Of a stretch of 64,000 nucleotides of DNA, positions 56,083-64,000 are shown in pieces. Below the pieces are notes generated by a model. It searched no databases, was not told where the DNA came from, and saw only the letters and a list, made by a program, of their open reading frames with translations. The stretch spans positions 3,519 to 67,518 of the forward strand of contig JAPPHT010000070.1 of assembly GCA_028874795.1 (NCBI GenBank), in the 5' to 3' direction. Both the position numbers and the translations under genes were made by a program. The first letter of the stretch is position 1; every line of letters starts with the position of its first letter. Source of the DNA: Chloroflexota bacterium (lineage in GTDB: Bacteria > Chloroflexota > Dehalococcoidia > Lucifugimonadales > Australimonadaceae).

Positions 56083-57357
56083 CTACTTCGTCGGCGACGG
56101 CGCCCAGAAGGCGAGACGCCCCTCGCCGATGGGGCGTGGGTCTTCACTGCCGACCGCGTCCACGACCCAGACCTGCCGAGCGGCGCCCCGCTCGATCACG
56201 CCAGAGAACACCAGCGTCGTAGAGTCGGCCGACCAGACAAGGTGCGACGGCGCGAACTGGTCGAAGAACTGCACGTGGGTGAGGAAGTCCGCGGACGGGA
56301 TGAACCGGGCACGCCGACGCGATTCCCCTGAGGTGAGGTCGATCACCCGCCATTCCATGGGACCATCGACGGTCACGTAGGCGATGCGGGAGCCGTCCGG
56401 CGACCAGTAGAAGGCCGCCACCCGTTCGCGCACGAGCGGCTCATTCGCTCCTGCGCCGTCCCCGTCGACGACGTGGAGGTCGTCGTACAGCACGGCGGAG
56501 AACCCCTTGGTGCCGACAGCGACGCTCCCGCCGCCGGGCGACCACGCGAACGCGGCCTCGCCGGGGATGTCCATCAGCGGGACGCGGTCGCTCCCGTCGA
56601 GGTTCGATGTGACGAGCCGGCCTGCGCCGTCCTCCTCGACGACGTAGGCGATGCGATCGCCGTCCGGGCTGAACGCGGGAACGCGGTAGCGGAGCGAGTC
56701 CGCGCCGAGGTCCGTCGTGGAGCGGTCGCGGGTGTCGTGGAGCAGCAGCTCCCCCCGGCGGTGAACGAGGATGTACCTCCCGTCCGGCGACCACACGTGG
56801 TAGAGCGGCGCGTCGGCCGCGACCTCGTAGGGTCCGCCGTCGCCGGGCCGGACGACGAAGAGGCCGAGCCCCTGGCCGGGGCCTCGCGGCGCGACGAACG
56901 AGAGGGTCTCCGAGGTCGGGGCCCAGAGGGCGTAGTGCGGAGCGCCGGTGGCGACGAGGGGAATGGCGAGCGGGTGCGTCTCGTGCAGCGGCCGCGCCGC
57001 CGAGCCTTCGGCGTCGAACAGCACGAGGCTGGCAAGCGCTCCTCCGCCGATGCCCGGCGTGCGCGAAACGGCGACGCTCCCCCCATCCGGTGACCACGTT
57101 GGCCAGGTGTAACGGACGCGCTGCTCCTGCTGCGACCGGAGCGCAACGTCGGTGCCGGTGACGCCGGGCGTGCGCCCGCCGGTGAGACGTGCCGGATTGC
57201 TGCCGTCGCCCTGCACGGTCCAGATGTCGAACCGTGGCCCGACGAAGACGATCCGCTGGCTGCCGGAGGGTTCCGGGGGTGCGGGCTCGCCGCTGCTGCA
57301 CGCCGCTACGGCGAACAGACCGGCAGCGATGAGCGCGGTGCGCGGCAGTAGCCTCAA
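56083..57357 (-). CDS. TolB-like beta-propeller (PD40/WD40-like repeat) lipoprotein
   Basis: Repeated ..WSPDG..IAY.. blades. Start set at TTG 57357 (AGGAGA 8 nt upstream), giving MRLLPRTALIAAGLFAVAACSS with a lipobox. The ORF-track start at 57438 lies in repeat DNA. Confidence 0.7.
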   Translation of the reverse strand: MRLLPRTALIAAGLFAVAACSSGEPAPPEPSGSQRIVFVGPRFDIWTVQGDGSNPARLTGGRTPGVTGTDVALRSQQEQRVRYTWPTWSPDGGSVAVSRTPGIGGGALASLVLFDAEGSAARPLHETHPLAIPLVATGAPHYALWAPTSETLSFVAPRGPGQGLGLFVVRPGDGGPYEVAADAPLYHVWSPDGRYILVHRRGELLLHDTRDRSTTDLGADSLRYRVPAFSPDGDRIAYVVEEDGAGRLVTSNLDGSDRVPLMDIPGEAAFAWSPGGGSVAVGTKGFSAVLYDDLHVVDGDGAGANEPLVRERVAAFYWSPDGSRIAYVTVDGPMEWRVIDLTSGESRRRARFIPSADFLTHVQFFDQFAPSHLVWSADSTTLVFSGVIERGAARQVWVVDAVGSEDPRPIGEGRLAFWAPSPTK

Positions 57358-57371
57358 CCTGGCCGTCTCCT

Positions 57372-57503
57372 GAGAGATGCTTCGAATGCGCCTCAAGGCT
57401 ACGCCCTTCGGCTTCGCCCGGCATGACAGCCCCCACACCCCGCTCCGCCGTGGAGAGCCCTCGCCGCGCGCCGGAGCGCGTTGCCTGCTCCGTCAGGAGA
57501 GGG
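57372..57503. repeat. R3 variant + R6 variant
   Basis: GAGAGATGCTTCGAATGCGCC..GCATGACAGCCCCC and CCCTCGCCGCGCGCCGGAGCGCG..CTCCGTCAGGAGAGGG. Confidence 0.7.
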
Positions 57504-57545
57504 AACCAGCAGCCACGTCTCTCGGCCGCCGGCGCGACGCGGGGC

Positions 57546-58400
57546 TCATCCCGCCACGCGGACCTCCAGGCTGATGTCCAGCGCGGTGACCGAGTGGGTC
57601 ACCGCCCCGCTGGAGAGCAGGTCGACCCCACTCTCGGCGACGTCACGCACGGTGTCGATAGTGATGCCGCCGGACGCCTCGGTGAGCGCGCGTCCCTTGC
57701 AGATGGCGACGCCCTCGCGCATCTGCTCCGGCGTCATGTTGTCGAACAGGATGATGTCCGCACCCGCCTCCACCGCCTCGCGCACCTGGTCGAGCGTGTC
57801 GCACTCGACCTCGATGCGGATCGTGTGCGCGGCGTCGTGCTTCGCGCGTTGGATCAGCTCGGTCATGCTCTCGCCGCGGGTGGCCATCGCCGCGATGTGG
57901 TTGTCCTTGATGAGGATGCCGTCGCCGGTGCTCATGCGGTGGTTGTGGCCGCCGCCCATGCGCACGGCGTACTTGTCCAGCAGCCGCCAGCCCGGGAGCG
58001 TCTTGCGGGTGTCGATCATCTGCGTGGGCAGGCCGTCGAGCGCGCGCACGAAGCCGTTCACCGCCGTGGCGATGCCGCTCATGCGCTGCACGAAGTTGAG
58101 GGCGGTGCGCTCCGCCCGGAGGATGCTCGACATCCGTCCGCGGACCGCGGCGACGTACATACCGCGCTCGACGGGCGAGCCGTCGTCGACGAGGCGGGAC
58201 GTCTCGAGCGTGGGGTCGGTCTCGCGGAAGACCTCGAGCGCAACGTCGACGCCGGCGAGGATGCCGTTCGCCTTCGGCATCATCAGCGCCTCGCTCGTGA
58301 GATCGTCGGGCAGCAGCGACGACGTGGGGTCGTAGGCGACCTCGTCCTCGGCCAGCGCCATGCGTATCAGTTGGCGTGTCCCGTGCCAGTGGTGGAGCAT
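57546..58400 (-). CDS. nadC: Nicotinate-nucleotide pyrophosphorylase (quinolinate phosphoribosyltransferase)
   Basis: ALAEDEVAYDPTS.., RKTLPGWRLLDKYAVRMGGGHNHR, IEVECDTLDQV. Confidence 0.9.
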   Translation of the reverse strand: MLHHWHGTRQLIRMALAEDEVAYDPTSSLLPDDLTSEALMMPKANGILAGVDVALEVFRETDPTLETSRLVDDGSPVERGMYVAAVRGRMSSILRAERTALNFVQRMSGIATAVNGFVRALDGLPTQMIDTRKTLPGWRLLDKYAVRMGGGHNHRMSTGDGILIKDNHIAAMATRGESMTELIQRAKHDAAHTIRIEVECDTLDQVREAVEAGADIILFDNMTPEQMREGVAICKGRALTEASGGITIDTVRDVAESGVDLLSSGAVTHSVTALDISLEVRVAG

Positions 58401-58496
58401 GCTTCACCTCGCGCCAGGTGGGTGTCCGGTCGTGTGGGAAGGAATTCTACGGCGGCGCAAGGGGTACTTTGTGACGAAATGCACAAAGGGGAGGGC

Positions 58497-59336
58497 TCAG
58501 GCATCCATGGCGCGTTCGCGGGCGAGTTGCTGCTGCTGCTCGTAGCGGACCGCGTAGTAGAGGGAGAGGAGGAGGGCCGCCGCAACAACGAACGAGCCGG
58601 GTATCCACATGGTGACGCCGCCGATCTGCTGGTCCTCGAGCGCGGTGAGGCCGTAGGCAGGCGCGGTTGCCTCGTAGTGGGGGTAGAAGGCGTTCGGAGC
58701 GAAGGTGAGGAAGGCGCCGAGGACGAAGGTGGGGACGATGGTGATGAACACGAACGGCACCCTCGCGAGGTAGGAGAGGCTCGCGCGGAGCGGGGCGGGG
58801 TCTATGACATTCCACCACCAGAGGTACGCGCCGAGCGCGAAGGTGAGGTGTTCGACCAGGTGGATGGCCTCGTTCCTGAGCGCGGCCTCGTAGGCGACGG
58901 GGAAGTGCCAGCCGATGACGACGCCGATGAATAGCGGCCACGCGATGAGCGGCCGGAAGAGGTTTCGGAGCGCGCTGCGCACGAGGGGAGACTTGAATAT
59001 GGGGATGGCGACCCGTTTGCGGAGCGGGCGGGGGATGCCGCGCATCAGCGGGATGACCGGTGCGCCGATCTGGATGGCGGGAACGGCGAAGAACATGAGC
59101 AGCATGTGCTGTCCCATGTGGGCGAGGAAGAGCTCGTCCGACAGCGCGTCGAGGGGACTGACGAGGGCGACGAAGAGCGCGATGAGGCCGATATAGAACG
59201 CCGCGGCGCGGCGCTTGTCGTGGATGCGCCAGCGTTCGAGGCTGCGCAGACCGCGCGCGTAGAGGATGGCCGCAAGGGGGATGCCGATGAGGGCGGTGGG
59301 GTCGGCGCTCCAGGCGAGCCAGAGAGAGTCGTTCAC
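58497..59336 (-). CDS. ctaG: Cytochrome c oxidase assembly factor CtaG (caa3 type)
   Basis: 279 aa polytopic protein with HMGQHMLL and IHLVEHLTF motifs. Last gene of the oxidase operon. Confidence 0.75.
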   Translation of the reverse strand: MNDSLWLAWSADPTALIGIPLAAILYARGLRSLERWRIHDKRRAAAFYIGLIALFVALVSPLDALSDELFLAHMGQHMLLMFFAVPAIQIGAPVIPLMRGIPRPLRKRVAIPIFKSPLVRSALRNLFRPLIAWPLFIGVVIGWHFPVAYEAALRNEAIHLVEHLTFALGAYLWWWNVIDPAPLRASLSYLARVPFVFITIVPTFVLGAFLTFAPNAFYPHYEATAPAYGLTALEDQQIGGVTMWIPGSFVVAAALLLSLYYAVRYEQQQQLARERAMDA

Positions 59337-59392
59337 GGCGTCCCTCCGGTGTCACGGAGAGGGCTGTTGGCGTTCATCGGGGGCGGGTGCGC

Positions 59393-59710
59393 TTATCGGG
59401 TGAGATTGAAGAAGAGCGCCATGAGGACGACGGCGATGCTCACCATGATGAGGAAGGGGGCGAAGAACAGCCCCGAGAAGCGTACGTCGTCGAACTTGAG
59501 GTGCATGAAGTAGCCGACCACGAGCAGGAATTTGGAGGACGAGAGCACCAGGATGATCCAGGTCATCAGCGCGGGGTCGATCGAGAGGTAGAAGACGCCG
59601 AACTCGATAAGCGTGATGACGGCGAGGATCGCGCCGATGATGACGTACTGGCGCGGCCCCGGGTGGTTGTGCTCCTCGACGTGTACGTGTTCGGTAGCCA
59701 TGCTCTCCAC
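59393..59710 (-). CDS. ctaF: Cytochrome c oxidase subunit IV (prokaryotic COX4 family)
   Basis: 105 aa, 3 TM, HPGPRQYVIIGAILAVITLIEF. Position after subunit III. Confidence 0.75.
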   Translation of the reverse strand: MESMATEHVHVEEHNHPGPRQYVIIGAILAVITLIEFGVFYLSIDPALMTWIILVLSSSKFLLVVGYFMHLKFDDVRFSGLFFAPFLIMVSIAVVLMALFFNLTR

Positions 59711-59716
59711 TCCCGC

Positions 59717-60373
59717 TTAGCCGATGCCTACTGCGCGTGCCGCGTGGTGGGCGTCCTCCAGCGCGCGGCCTTCCGCGCCGTAGGCGCCGATGAGGTAGAC
59801 GACGCCGAAGATGACGATCCAGACGATGTCCACGAAGTGCCAGTAGAGGCCGGCGATCTCCACCTGCAGGGAGTTGCCCTGGTGGATCTTGCCCTTGTAG
59901 GAGGCGAACAGGATGGACCAGAGCCAGAGGATGCCGACCGCCACGTGCGTACCGTGGAACCCGGTCATGACGAGGAAGGTGCTGCCGAAGAGGTTGGTGC
60001 GCGGCGTGAGGCCGTAGTGCGCGGCGAACTCCGTGAACTCGAACATCTGGAAGCCGATGAAGATGGAGCCGAAGATGCAGACGATGGCAGTCCAGAAGCG
60101 GAACTGGCCCATGTTGCCGCGCTGGATCCCGGCGAGGGCGAGCACCATCGCGAGACTGCTCATCAGCAGGACGAAGGTGCTGATGGTGGTGATGGGGATG
60201 CTGAGTATCTCTTCCTGCGGGCCGGAGAGGTTGCGGTTGCGGTAGATGAGGTGGGTGCCGATGAGCGTGCCGAAGAACATCACGTCCGAGCCGAGGAAGG
60301 CCCACATGAGCATCTTCCGGTTGTCGAGCCCGGTAGAGGTGCGATGGTCGTCTATGCCCGATAGATACTGCAT
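59717..60373 (-). CDS. ctaE: Cytochrome c oxidase subunit III
   Basis: FFGTLIGTHL.., TGFHGTHVAVG.., WHFVDIVWI motifs. Confidence 0.9.
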   Translation of the reverse strand: MQYLSGIDDHRTSTGLDNRKMLMWAFLGSDVMFFGTLIGTHLIYRNRNLSGPQEEILSIPITTISTFVLLMSSLAMVLALAGIQRGNMGQFRFWTAIVCIFGSIFIGFQMFEFTEFAAHYGLTPRTNLFGSTFLVMTGFHGTHVAVGILWLWSILFASYKGKIHQGNSLQVEIAGLYWHFVDIVWIVIFGVVYLIGAYGAEGRALEDAHHAARAVGIG

Positions 60374-60409
60374 CCGTTGTTTCTGGTCCCTTCCGTTGGT
60401 GCGCCCGCG

Positions 60410-62269
60410 CTAGTGGTGGGCGTGAACGCGCTCCGCGCTCTCCTCGGCGACAGGCTCGAACACCCAGCCGTAGATGCCGCGTATGCCGATGAAGCCGGAG
60501 ACGGCGATGACGAACAGCCCGACCCAGGTGGTGGCCTGCCAGATGAGCAGTCCGCCGGCGACCATCGTGATGCCGAACGCGACGACGATGGGCCAGTAGG
60601 AGGGATCCGGCATGTGGGGCTCGCCGTGCTCGGGCAGCGGCGGGGGCTCGACGGCGTTCGCTTCCTCGTCCCAGAGCGGGTGCTGGCTGCGGACGGTCGG
60701 GATCATAGCGAAGTTGTAGTGCGGCGGCGGAGAGGGGATGGCCCACTCGAGCGTCGCGCCGGCCCACGGGTTCATGCCCGCGACCTCGCCCTTCCTCACG
60801 GAGCGGACGATGTTGACGATGAGGAGCGCTATGGAGATGGCGATGATGAACGCTCCGATGCTGACGAAGAGGTTGAGTCCTGCCCAGTTCTGGTCGATCG
60901 AGTAGGTATAGACGCGGCGCGGCATGCCGAGGACACCGAGGATGTGCATGGGCATGAACGTTGCGTTGAAGCCGATGAACATGAGCCAGAAGTGCCACTT
61001 GCCGATGCGCTCGCTGAGCATGCGCCCGGTCATCTTGGGGAACCAGTAGTAGATACCGGCGGTGAGGCCGAAGATGCTGCCGCCGAACAGGACGTAGTGG
61101 AAGTGGGCGACGATGAAGTAGGTGTCCTGCTGCTGCGTGTCGACCGGGACGGCGGCGTGCATGACGCCGCTGAGCCCGCCGAGCATGAACATGCTGATGA
61201 AGCCGAGGGCGAAGAGCAAGGGCGTCTTGAACTGGATGGAGCCGCCCCAGAGTGTGGCAAGCCAGTTGAAGACCTTGACGCCGGTGGGCACGCCGATGGC
61301 CATGGTCGCACCCGCGAACGCGGCGGTTGCCCACGCGCCGAGGCCGGTGGTGAACATGTGGTGCGCCCAGACGCCGAAGCCGAGGAACGCGATGACCGCC
61401 CCCGCGAAAACGACGGTGGTGTAGCCGAAGAGCGGCTTGCGGGAGAAGGTGGGCAGCACGTCCGAGACGATGCCCATGGCCGGAAGGATGAGGATGTAGA
61501 CCTCCGGGTGGCCGAAGATCCAGAACAGGTGTTGCCAGAGGAGCGGGTCCGCCCCCGCGCCTGCGGTGTCGAAGAAGTTCGTGCCGAAGAAGCGGTCGAA
61601 CAGGAGGAGGGTGAGGGCGATGGTCAGGGGCGGGAAGGCGAAGATGATGAGGAAGGAGACGATGAGCGTCATCCAGGGGAAGAGGGGCATGCGCATGAGG
61701 GTCATGCCTGGCGCCCGCATGTTGAGGATGGTGATGACGAAATTGAATCCCGCCGCGGTGGTGCCGATCCCCATGATCTGGAGTCCCAGCACCCAGTAGT
61801 CGGTGCTGCTGGAGAGCGTGTACTCGGAGGTGGTGAGCGGCGCGTAGCCGAACCATCCCACGTCCGGGAAGGCGGCCTTGAAGAAGCTGAAGTTCATGAG
61901 GATGGCGCCGAAGATGAAGAGCCAGTAGCTCAGCGCGTTCAGCCGCGGGAAGGCGACGTCGCGCGCGCCGATCATCAGCGGCACGAGGAAGTTGAAGAAG
62001 GCGGCTCCGGCAGGCATGACGACCATGAAGACCATGGTGGTGCCGTGCATCGTGAAGAGCGCGTTGAAGGTGCCCGCGTCTACGAACGTGCTCTCGGGTT
62101 GCGCGAGCTGGACGCGCATGAGGAGCGCCTCGATGCCGCCGATGAGAAAGAAGATGAAGGCGGACACACCGTAGAGGATGCCGATGCGCTTGTGGTCAAC
62201 GGTGGTGATCCATCCCCACACGCCTTCAGTGGAGACGGGGCGCTTCAGGATGCCTATGTTCGCTGCCAT
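60410..62269 (-). CDS. ctaD: Cytochrome c oxidase subunit I
   Basis: WFFGHPEVYILILP, HHMFT and VAHFHYV heme/CuB ligand motifs. 619 aa. Confidence 0.95.
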   Translation of the reverse strand: MAANIGILKRPVSTEGVWGWITTVDHKRIGILYGVSAFIFFLIGGIEALLMRVQLAQPESTFVDAGTFNALFTMHGTTMVFMVVMPAGAAFFNFLVPLMIGARDVAFPRLNALSYWLFIFGAILMNFSFFKAAFPDVGWFGYAPLTTSEYTLSSSTDYWVLGLQIMGIGTTAAGFNFVITILNMRAPGMTLMRMPLFPWMTLIVSFLIIFAFPPLTIALTLLLFDRFFGTNFFDTAGAGADPLLWQHLFWIFGHPEVYILILPAMGIVSDVLPTFSRKPLFGYTTVVFAGAVIAFLGFGVWAHHMFTTGLGAWATAAFAGATMAIGVPTGVKVFNWLATLWGGSIQFKTPLLFALGFISMFMLGGLSGVMHAAVPVDTQQQDTYFIVAHFHYVLFGGSIFGLTAGIYYWFPKMTGRMLSERIGKWHFWLMFIGFNATFMPMHILGVLGMPRRVYTYSIDQNWAGLNLFVSIGAFIIAISIALLIVNIVRSVRKGEVAGMNPWAGATLEWAIPSPPPHYNFAMIPTVRSQHPLWDEEANAVEPPPLPEHGEPHMPDPSYWPIVVAFGITMVAGGLLIWQATTWVGLFVIAVSGFIGIRGIYGWVFEPVAEESAERVHAHH

Positions 62270-62326
62270 CGTATGCCTTCTCTCTCAGTCGCCGAACGCC
62301 GGACAGTCTGGCGCTCCTCCCTCAGA

Positions 62327-63466
62327 TTACCGCAACTTGAGGCTCTTCAGGTAGGCCACCACCTGGTCAACCTGGGCCTCGGTGAGCTGGTCCACGTCCG
62401 GGTCGCCGACGTAGAAGGTCGGCATTGCGTCGGTGGTGTCGAGGACCGGCTTGATGCTCCTGATGTCGGCGACCCACGCCTTCACGTTCTCGGGCGTGCT
62501 GTCGAGGATGCCCGCGCCTACGGTGGCACGGTCGCCGAAGAGGGTGAGGTTGGGGCCGATCTCTTCGGTGGAGACGCCGTAGATGGTGTGACAGCGCGCG
62601 CAGAAGTTGCCGAAGACCCGCGCGCCCGATGCCTCCACGCTGCCCGCCACGGGCTCCTCGGGTTCGGCGTTCATGCTGTCGACCCAGCGGTCGAAGTCGG
62701 CGTGCGAGTCGACGTGGACGCGGAAGCGCATGAGCGCGTGGGCGGAGCCGCAGAACTCGGCGCACTGGCCGTAGAAGGTGCCGATCTCCGTGGCGGTGAA
62801 CTTCTCCAGGATGTTGGTCCTGCCGGGCACCATGTCCGTCTTCCCGACGAGCTGGGGCACCCAGAAGGAGTGGATGACGTCCTTCGCTTCGAGGGTGATG
62901 GCGACCTGGCGGCCGACGGGGATGCGGAGCTCGTTCGCGGTAACGAGGTCTCCGCCGTCCGGGCCCAGGCCGGCATAGCGGAACTCGAACCACCACTGGT
63001 GGCCGACGGCCTCTATGTGGAGCGCGTCCTCGTCCGGTTCGGCCGTCGTGCCCGCGATCCAGACGATGGTGGGGATGGCGATGGCGACGAGGATGAGGAT
63101 GGGGATGACCGTCCAGGTGATCTCCAGCGTGGTGTTGCCGTGGATCTGCTGGGCGGTGTGTCCCGGACGCTCGCGGTACTTCCAGAGGATGTAGGCCATC
63201 GCCGCGAGGACGAGGAAGCCGACGATGCTCGCGGCGACGATGACGAAGATGTAGATGGTGTGGACGCGCTGCGCGGCGTCGGAGCGGGGCTCGAACGTCG
63301 TGAGCGGGGTGTCGCAGGAAGCGAGCACGGCGACGAGCGCAGCGGCGGCAAGTGCGAAGAAGAGAAGCCGCCGGAGGGTCGCTGCCAGGTTGTGCGGATG
63401 AGCGGTGGGTGTCGTCACGTGTTTTGCGTATCCCCGCGCCAGTGGGGCGATTGTTACGCATATCAC
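62327..63466 (-). CDS. ctaC: Cytochrome c oxidase subunit II with fused cytochrome c domain (caa3 type)
   Basis: CuA site HSFWVP...CAEFCGSAHALM and C-terminal heme-c motif CARCH. Start uncertain (GTG 63466 or GTG 63418). Confidence 0.9.
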   Translation of the reverse strand: MICVTIAPLARGYAKHVTTPTAHPHNLAATLRRLLFFALAAAALVAVLASCDTPLTTFEPRSDAAQRVHTIYIFVIVAASIVGFLVLAAMAYILWKYRERPGHTAQQIHGNTTLEITWTVIPILILVAIAIPTIVWIAGTTAEPDEDALHIEAVGHQWWFEFRYAGLGPDGGDLVTANELRIPVGRQVAITLEAKDVIHSFWVPQLVGKTDMVPGRTNILEKFTATEIGTFYGQCAEFCGSAHALMRFRVHVDSHADFDRWVDSMNAEPEEPVAGSVEASGARVFGNFCARCHTIYGVSTEEIGPNLTLFGDRATVGAGILDSTPENVKAWVADIRSIKPVLDTTDAMPTFYVGDPDVDQLTEAQVDQVVAYLKSLKLR

Positions 63467-63530
63467 AGACGGGGCTCAGGGGTCAAGGGCGCGGGAGGCC
63501 GTGGGAGCCGGAAGGGGGTCTTAGTTGTGG

Positions 63531-63560
63531 TTGACACCGTTCGAGCCGGCTGCATATACT
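63531..63560 (+). promoter_or_regulatory. Sigma-70-type promoter for the 23S rRNA transcript
   Basis: TTGACA (63531-63536), an 18 nt spacer, then TATACT (63555-63560), about 200 nt upstream of the mature 23S 5' end. Confidence 0.6.
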
Positions 63561-63661
63561 CATGGAACCGCCATTTCGGGAGGCCGAGCAGGCAGGATGG
63601 GGAACGCATAGTGGCAGTGCCGCTGAGCACGTAGGACCGATCTGGCGTCGCAATGCTACCG

Positions 63662-63707
63662 AAAGGCGGTGGCGCGCCGAAGTGCCACCGCCTTTGCACG
63701 TTAACAA
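63662..63707 (+). promoter_or_regulatory. rRNA leader antitermination-like element (boxB-type hairpin followed by a boxA-like sequence)
   Basis: Perfect 12-bp stem AAAGGCGGTGGC / GCCACCGCCTTT (63662-63673 / 63684-63695). It is followed directly by GCACGTTAACAA (63696-63707), close to the boxA consensus GCTCTTTAACAA. Confidence 0.5.
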
Positions 63708-63765
63708 GGGAATATCGAGCGAGTACGAGCCAAGGAAGGTCCGCCGGAAGGTGGACCGAGCGTGA

Positions 63766-64000
63766 GGTCAAGTTATTAAGGGCCCACGGAGGATGCCTTG
63801 GCGTCAAGGGCCGATGAAGGGCGTAGCACGGCTGCGATAAGCCTCGGGTAGCTGCCAAGCAAGCTTAGCCGGGGATTCCCGAATCGGGGAACCGGTCTCG
63901 GTAAAGCCGGGACATCCTCAGCTGAACACATAGGCTGAGGGGGGTAACCAGGGGAACTGAAACATCTCATTACCCTGAGGAACAGAAAGCAACCGCGATT
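63766..64000 (+). rRNA. rrl: 23S ribosomal RNA, 5' end (continues beyond the window)
   Basis: GGTCAAGTTATTAAGGGCCCACGGAGGATGCCTTGGCG...GATGAAGGGCGT...GCGATAAGCC...GGGGAACTGAAACATCTCATTACCCTGAGGAACAGAAAGCAACCGCGATT aligns by eye with the conserved bacterial 23S 5' domain. Confidence 0.95.

Noticed and set aside
380-57503. Intergenic repeats considered as CRISPR arrays
   Set aside because: There is no single repeat at constant spacing with unique spacers. The modules differ from each other, are shuffled and inverted, and are dispersed over about 25 loci. No cas genes are present.
60377-63634. 1085-aa ORF on the plus strand
   Set aside because: It is antisense to ctaD/ctaC, whose products are unmistakable. 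Its sequence is D/E/G/R/A low complexity.
1-64000. tRNA genes
   Set aside because: I looked in every spacer for T-arm-like GGTTCGAAWCC or its complement with flanking acceptor pairing and found none. The closest strings (for example GGGAATGCGAACCC at about 52810) are parts of R1-type repeats.

Overview
This is a high-GC bacterial chromosomal window, about 60 genes, densely coded on both strands. All functions below come from reading the supplied translations for family motifs. No database search was run.

Recognisable core blocks:
- nusA-ylxR-infB-rbfA-truB (31.6-36.6 kb).
- dnaG-rpoD (46.8-50.4 kb, minus strand).
- ffh, and alkA-mutM.
- A caa3-type cytochrome c oxidase operon, ctaC-D-E-F-G (58.5-63.5 kb, minus strand).
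- The 5' end of a 23S rRNA gene with its own promoter and leader (63.5-64.0 kb).

The rest is rich in oxygenase and hydrolase catabolic genes. These include two Rieske oxygenases, a LigB-type extradiol dioxygenase, a VOC protein, three amidohydrolase/cyclase proteins, an amidase with a small partner, and two class II aldolases. Transporters are present too: a TctA-type permease and two MFS proteins. Monoderm-style lipoproteins with Pro/Thr linkers and the gene content suggest a Chloroflexota-like organism, but that is inference only.

Three things stand out:
1. A modular family of GC-rich palindromic repeats fills most intergenic spacers. It totals roughly 4 kb by my eye count, and copies also sit inside two coding sequences.
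2. The 16.0-21.1 kb stretch looks like a decayed mobile-element scar. It holds a frameshifted phage terminase, a T5orf172/Mug113 gene, about 400 bp of unexplained hairpin-rich non-coding DNA, iteron-like repeats, and a lower-GC two-gene cassette (small DUF5678-like protein plus retropepsin-like aspartic protease).
3. Several unusual gene architectures occur: a MoaD-MoaE fusion, a TctA-TctB-like fusion, an ERG4/ERG24-type reductase next to a LigB dioxygenase, an AtzG-like/amidase pair, and a 23S rRNA gene with no 16S upstream.

I saw no tRNA and no CRISPR array. Many long ORFs in the track are antisense or out-of-frame artefacts of the high GC content, and several real genes start well inside the listed ORF.
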